Shown in pieces: positions 59,484 through 64,000 of a stretch of DNA of 64,000 bases (the first letter of the stretch is position 1; every line of letters begins with the position of its first letter). The stretch is from contig OZ240248.1 in assembly GCA_965198235.1 (NCBI GenBank), positions 4,384,001-4,448,000 on the forward strand, in the 5' to 3' direction. The notes under the pieces were generated by a model that saw nothing but the letters and a program-made list of their open reading frames with translations, was not told the DNA's origin and did not search any database. The stretch comes from Candidatus Poribacteria bacterium (lineage in GTDB: Bacteria > Poribacteria > WGA-4E > WGA-3G). A program made the translations under genes and the position numbers.

Positions 59484-60677
59484 TTAAAACACCAATTCCG
59501 TCTCAACCGCTTCATCGTAGTCCACGCCTTCAACCTCAAATCCAAAGAGATTTCGGAAGCGTCGCCTGAAGCCTGCGTAATCGGAGAGTTCATGGAAATT
59601 GTCGGTATCAATCCGTCCCCAACGCTCGGTCACTGCGTCGGTTATTTCAGGCTGTAACTCCCGGTCGTCAAGACGAATGTAGCGTTCGCTGTCCAGGTGC
59701 GGTTGTAGTCCAGGTCCGAGATGCTCAGAGAAAAGTCGTCGCATCTGCCCAATTGGTGCCTCATTGATGCCCTTCGCATTCATAACGTCATAAAGGATAC
59801 TGACATAGAGCGGAACGACAGGGATCGCCGCAGACGCTTGCGTAACGACGGCTTTGTTCACCGAGATATAGGCATTTCCGCCAAGTTGGTTTGTGAGCCG
59901 TTCGTCAAGTGCGTCTACACGCGTTTTTAAATCGTCTTTTGCTCTACCGATAGTCCCGTCTCGGTAAATGGACCAGGTCAAGGAACTTCCGATATAGGTA
60001 TAGGCAACAACCGTCACCTCTGGTGCGAGCAACTCCGCGTCAGCCAATGCGTCAATCCACATCTCTAAATCTTCACCGCCCATCACGGCGATCGTATCGG
60101 TGATCTCCTGTTCATTCGCGGGCTCAATCGTCACAGGTGCGATGACTTCCCGATTCAGATCAATCGTCTTCCCTGTATACGGCGCGCCAATCGGTTTCAG
60201 CTCGGATTGATGTGAGGCACCAGTTTTCGGGTGTATTCGTCGTGGTGCGGCGATACTATAGACGAGGATATTTATTTTGCCGAAGTCCGCTTTGAGTCGG
60301 CGAATTGCTTCTGCCTTCATCTCATCCGAAAACGCATCTCCATTGAGACTGTCCGCGAAAAACCCATCCGCCGCTGCCTGCCGATGAAAGGCGACGGTGT
60401 TATAGTACCCTGCTGTCGCGGTCCGTCTGGCATCGGCGGGTCGCTCATAAAGAAGTCCAAGCGTTTTCGCACCGTAAGCCCAAGTCAGAGCAATACGAGA
60501 AGCGAGCCCGTAACCTGTTGATGCTCCGATGACAAGCGCGTTCATATCCGTCTCTTTGTACGGAATGCCCTGCTTAATCTCACCTATCTGGTTTAGTATA
60601 TTCGCTTGACAACCCGTAGGATGGGCATTGGTACAAATAAACCCGCGTATCCGAGGTTTAACAATTTGAACTGCCAT
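59484..60677 (-). CDS. fabV: Enoyl-ACP reductase FabV / trans-2-enoyl-CoA reductase
   Basis: RGFICTNAHPTGC, GASTGYG, Y..GTIG.AK, RLDDRE. Confidence 0.92.
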   Translation of the reverse strand: MAVQIVKPRIRGFICTNAHPTGCQANILNQIGEIKQGIPYKETDMNALVIGASTGYGLASRIALTWAYGAKTLGLLYERPADARRTATAGYYNTVAFHRQAAADGFFADSLNGDAFSDEMKAEAIRRLKADFGKINILVYSIAAPRRIHPKTGASHQSELKPIGAPYTGKTIDLNREVIAPVTIEPANEQEITDTIAVMGGEDLEMWIDALADAELLAPEVTVVAYTYIGSSLTWSIYRDGTIGRAKDDLKTRVDALDERLTNQLGGNAYISVNKAVVTQASAAIPVVPLYVSILYDVMNAKGINEAPIGQMRRLFSEHLGPGLQPHLDSERYIRLDDRELQPEITDAVTERWGRIDTDNFHELSDYAGFRRRFRNLFGFEVEGVDYDEAVETELVF

Positions 60678-60875
60678 TGTATCCTTCTTTTTTATTTTTT
60701 AACGGGCACCAAGTGTTAGTAAGGAAGTTATGCTTCCGGGGTCCCGCCTACAATTACCGACGATGTTGTTAATACTCGTCGAAAACCCGTTTTTTTGACC
60801 CTCAACTCGTCTTCCACATTTTATAAAGGCACGAGTTGATGATCAAAACGGAAAAAACGGAGCAAAACCTAATAG

Positions 60876-61340
60876 TTAAAGATCCTCAATCTCGACAACC
60901 ATCTCAACCTCAACGGGAATTCCGCCGGGTAATTGCACCATACCGACTGCGGATCGCGCATGTCTGCCTTTATCACCGAACACCTCGACCAAAAAGTCCG
61001 ATGTCCCATTGACAACCGCGGGCTGTTCGGTGAAGTCGGGTGCGGAATTGACGAACCCAATCACTTTGATAACACGCTTGATTCTGTCCAAATCACCGAG
61101 TGCGTGTTTGAGGGTGCTCAACAAGCAGATCGCCACCTGACGTGCCGAAGCATAGCCTTCCTCGATCGTCGCATCGGTACCGAGTTGACTTTTATAGATT
61201 TTACCCTCGCCTGTTCCGGGTCCGTGTCCAGAGGTAAATACGAGATTGCCGGTTTGCACCGTCGTAACGTAATTCGCTACGGGAACCGCTGGTTCTGGCA
61301 ATTCCACACCTAATTCTTCAAGTCGCTGTTCTATTTTCAT
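60876..61340 (-). CDS. RidA/YjgF family protein
   Basis: PVANYV, SGHGP, NG.SD...VFG..GRHARSAVG. Confidence 0.9.
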   Translation of the reverse strand: MKIEQRLEELGVELPEPAVPVANYVTTVQTGNLVFTSGHGPGTGEGKIYKSQLGTDATIEEGYASARQVAICLLSTLKHALGDLDRIKRVIKVIGFVNSAPDFTEQPAVVNGTSDFLVEVFGDKGRHARSAVGMVQLPGGIPVEVEMVVEIEDL

Positions 61341-61609
61341 CTTATTTTCCTTTTATAAAAGATTAGATTCTAATATGCCGCAAACACGGCATTTTTAGCA
61401 TAAATTGCAAGCGAAAACCTGTCGTGATTGTTTATACCTGCCTCTATTATTAAACAGATTTTCGCTAATTTTGTCAAGCAAACTTTTGTGTACGGACCTG
61501 ATATCAATCCTCAACAATTTGATTTAAGAATAAATCGAATTATGCTAAAATATATGGAGGTTTAACCGAAATATCCGTATATCTTTGGTGAAAAACACAA
61601 GGAGCAACT

Positions 61610-62632
61610 ATGAAAGTAGCAGCAGTCTTAGGTGAACATCAAGCAGGACTCGTTGAAGTACCAGATCCGACTCCGAAAGAGGATTGGGTCGTTGTAAAAA
61701 TCCACGCTTCGCCGATGTGTACCGAATATCATGCTTTCGAGTATGGACATAAAACCGACGGGCTTGGGCATGAAGCCGCTGGTGAGGTTGTTGACATCGC
61801 CCAACCCGGAAAAGTGGAGATCGGCGATCGGGTGGTCGTGATGCCACAATATCCCTGTGGGAAATGCGTACTTTGCACTGACGGGGACTACATCCATTGC
61901 GAGAACAACTACAATTTTGAGGAATTCGTCGGATCCCGTTACGGTAGTTCGACGATGGCACAGTATATTCTCAAACCGTCTTGGTTGCTCCCGAAGATTC
62001 CAGACAACGTCCCTTATGAACACGCCTCGCTTGCGTGTTGCGCCTTGGGTCCGTCGTACCGCGCCTTTGACGAAATGGGCGTTAACGCGACACACACCGT
62101 GCTGATTACCGGTATCGGTCCCGTCGGTTTTGGAGCGATTACCAATGCTCGGTTTCGCGGTGCAAAAGTCATTGCAGCGGAACTGATCCCGTGGCGCGCC
62201 GAACGCGCCAGACAGATGGGGGTCGAAGCGGTCATCAACCCAACCGATGAAGATGCCGTAGACCAGATTCTCGACCTCACTACAGATGGCCGCGGTGTAG
62301 ACTTCGCACTCGACTGCTCAGGAAACGTCCAAGCGCACCGGCTTTGCATCGATGCGACGCGGCGGCGTGGCACGATTGCATTCGTCGGACAGAGCGGCAG
62401 AAATGACACCGTCCTCCATGTTAGCCCGGATCTCATCGGTAAAGGGTTGCGTCTCGCCGGGGCATGGCACTATAACCTCAACCAATTCCCTGGATTGATG
62501 AAGGTCATCGAAGGCTCATCTCTCCTCGATCTGCTTATCAGCAATGTCTTCCCGATGCGTGAGATCCAGCAGGCGTTTGAAACCTCCGCATCTCACGAAA
62601 GCTCGAAGATTATCCTGAAACCTTGGGAATAA
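61610..62632 (+). CDS. Zinc-binding MDR dehydrogenase
   Basis: GHE, CGKC..C...C, GIGPVG. Confidence 0.9.
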   Translation: MKVAAVLGEHQAGLVEVPDPTPKEDWVVVKIHASPMCTEYHAFEYGHKTDGLGHEAAGEVVDIAQPGKVEIGDRVVVMPQYPCGKCVLCTDGDYIHCENNYNFEEFVGSRYGSSTMAQYILKPSWLLPKIPDNVPYEHASLACCALGPSYRAFDEMGVNATHTVLITGIGPVGFGAITNARFRGAKVIAAELIPWRAERARQMGVEAVINPTDEDAVDQILDLTTDGRGVDFALDCSGNVQAHRLCIDATRRRGTIAFVGQSGRNDTVLHVSPDLIGKGLRLAGAWHYNLNQFPGLMKVIEGSSLLDLLISNVFPMREIQQAFETSASHESSKIILKPWE

Positions 62633-62635
62633 GCC

Positions 62636-64000
62636 ATGCCGACTACAGACAGACCGAATATACTCCTCATCGTATCCGATGACCATGCGGCACCGGCGAT
62701 CAGTTGCTATGGGCGTGAGATGAATAGCACCCCGAATATTGACCGAATCGGCGATGGTGGGATGCGATTCAACAACTGTTTCTGCACGAACGCAATCTGC
62801 ACGCCAGCACGTGGCTCCATTCTCACGGGAAAATACAGCCATAAAACCGGCATCAAAACCCTCGCCGATACAATTGACCACACGCAGGAACAGACAGTCG
62901 CACAAATGCTGCATGAAGACGGGTATCAGACCGCGATTGTCGGGAAATGGCATCTCGGACACGGTGGTGTCAGCGATCCGCACGGATTCGATTACTGGAA
63001 CGTGTTCCCCGTCCAAGGTGCACACATCAACCCTGAAATGATCGAGATGGGGGAACGAAAAAAATTCGATGGATACTCCGCTGACATCGTGACGGACAGT
63101 TCGCTGAATTGGCTACGCAACCGAGAGACAGATCCGCCATTTTTTCTGATGACAACCTACAAAGCGACACACGATCCGTTTTTTCCGAATCCCAAGCATC
63201 GGCATCTCTATACGGAGGAAATTCCTGAGCCTCCGACTTTCAACGATGCTTACGAAAATCGAACAGCGGCTGCCGCAATGAACACAGCAAAGGTTGGCAT
63301 CATGCACCAGAAAAATCATCTGCCGGAACCGATCCCTGAAAATTTGGAAGGCGATGATTTGAAGCGATGGAACTACCAGTGCTACATGCAGAACTATTTG
63401 CGCTGTGCCCACGCCATCGACGAGAATGTCGGACGATTGCTCGATTATCTGGATGCAGAGGGTCTCGCGGAAGATACGATTGTCATCTATTCGGCAGATC
63501 ACGGATTCTTCTTAGGCGACCACGGTTGGTATGACAAACGGTTCATGTATGAGGAATCGATGCGGATCCCGCTGCTCATCCGGTATCCACGTGAAATCCC
63601 AGCAGGTGTGAGCGAACAAATTACACTGAACGTTGACTTCGCGCCAACGCTACTCGACTACGCAAGCGTAGCAATTCCAGACGATGTGCAAGGACGTAGT
63701 CTCCGAACGTCATTGGAAGGTGAAGCACCAACGGATTGGCGGACATCCATGTACTACCGGTATTGGATGCACCTGGCGCACTTCAATATTCCAGCGCACT
63801 ACGGCGTACGGACGGAACGGTATAAACTCATCTACTATTACGGTGAGGCGTTGGGATCAGGCGGTGCAATCGACCGAGCGACACCGCCCGAATGGGAACT
63901 GTTCGATTTGGAGAAGGATCCGCATGAGATGTACAATGTTTATGCAGATCCTGCGTATGCGGGAGTTGTCGCGGAATTGAAAGCGGAATTGGAACGGTTG
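62636..64000 (+). CDS. Sulfatase (partial, runs off the window)
   Basis: Manual translation MPTTDRPNILLIVSDDH...CTPARGSILTG (CxPxR), GKWHLG, ADHGFFLGDHG. Confidence 0.93.
   Translation, partial: MPTTDRPNILLIVSDDHAAPAISCYGREMNSTPNIDRIGDGGMRFNNCFCTNAICTPARGSILTGKYSHKTGIKTLADTIDHTQEQTVAQMLHEDGYQTAIVGKWHLGHGGVSDPHGFDYWNVFPVQGAHINPEMIEMGERKKFDGYSADIVTDSSLNWLRNRETDPPFFLMTTYKATHDPFFPNPKHRHLYTEEIPEPPTFNDAYENRTAAAAMNTAKVGIMHQKNHLPEPIPENLEGDDLKRWNYQCYMQNYLRCAHAIDENVGRLLDYLDAEGLAEDTIVIYSADHGFFLGDHGWYDKRFMYEESMRIPLLIRYPREIPAGVSEQITLNVDFAPTLLDYASVAIPDDVQGRSLRTSLEGEAPTDWRTSMYYRYWMHLAHFNIPAHYGVRTERYKLIYYYGEALGSGGAIDRATPPEWELFDLEKDPHEMYNVYADPAYAGVVAELKAELERL

Overview
Chromosomal window (roughly 50% GC by eye) of a bacterium, most likely Candidatus Poribacteria. 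This is an inference from two PhyH dioxygenases, two DUF6785/6784-type membrane proteins, a sulfatase, and secreted proteins ending in a V-E-x-x-x-K-L-x-x-x-W-G-x-x-K motif. Housekeeping and metabolic genes include coaE, modABC, a cysteine synthase, infA, nth, sat, a ClpX-like ATPase, a ChdC/Cld-family protein, a GldF/GldG/DUF4340 exporter, msrB, mdh, dnaK and fabV. These are mixed with a type IIG restriction-modification gene, PD-(D/E)XK nucleases, toxin-antitoxin modules and many small repeats/MITEs. The main hidden element is a 447-bp protein-free IS200/IS605 (IscB-type) element at 32412-32858. It carries an omegaRNA/HEARO-like scaffold and is followed by an ATGA TAM-like motif, and removing it restores an RBS, stop and start junction. 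Other highlights: IF-1 with a long basic N-terminal tail, a MITE that supplies a gene's RBS and start codon, repeated loss of toxin/nuclease parts with antitoxins kept, two nuclease paralogs bracketed by copies of the dnaK 3' end, sigma-54 promoters, and a MITE with a 22-bp flanking duplication. No rRNA, tRNA or CRISPR array was found.
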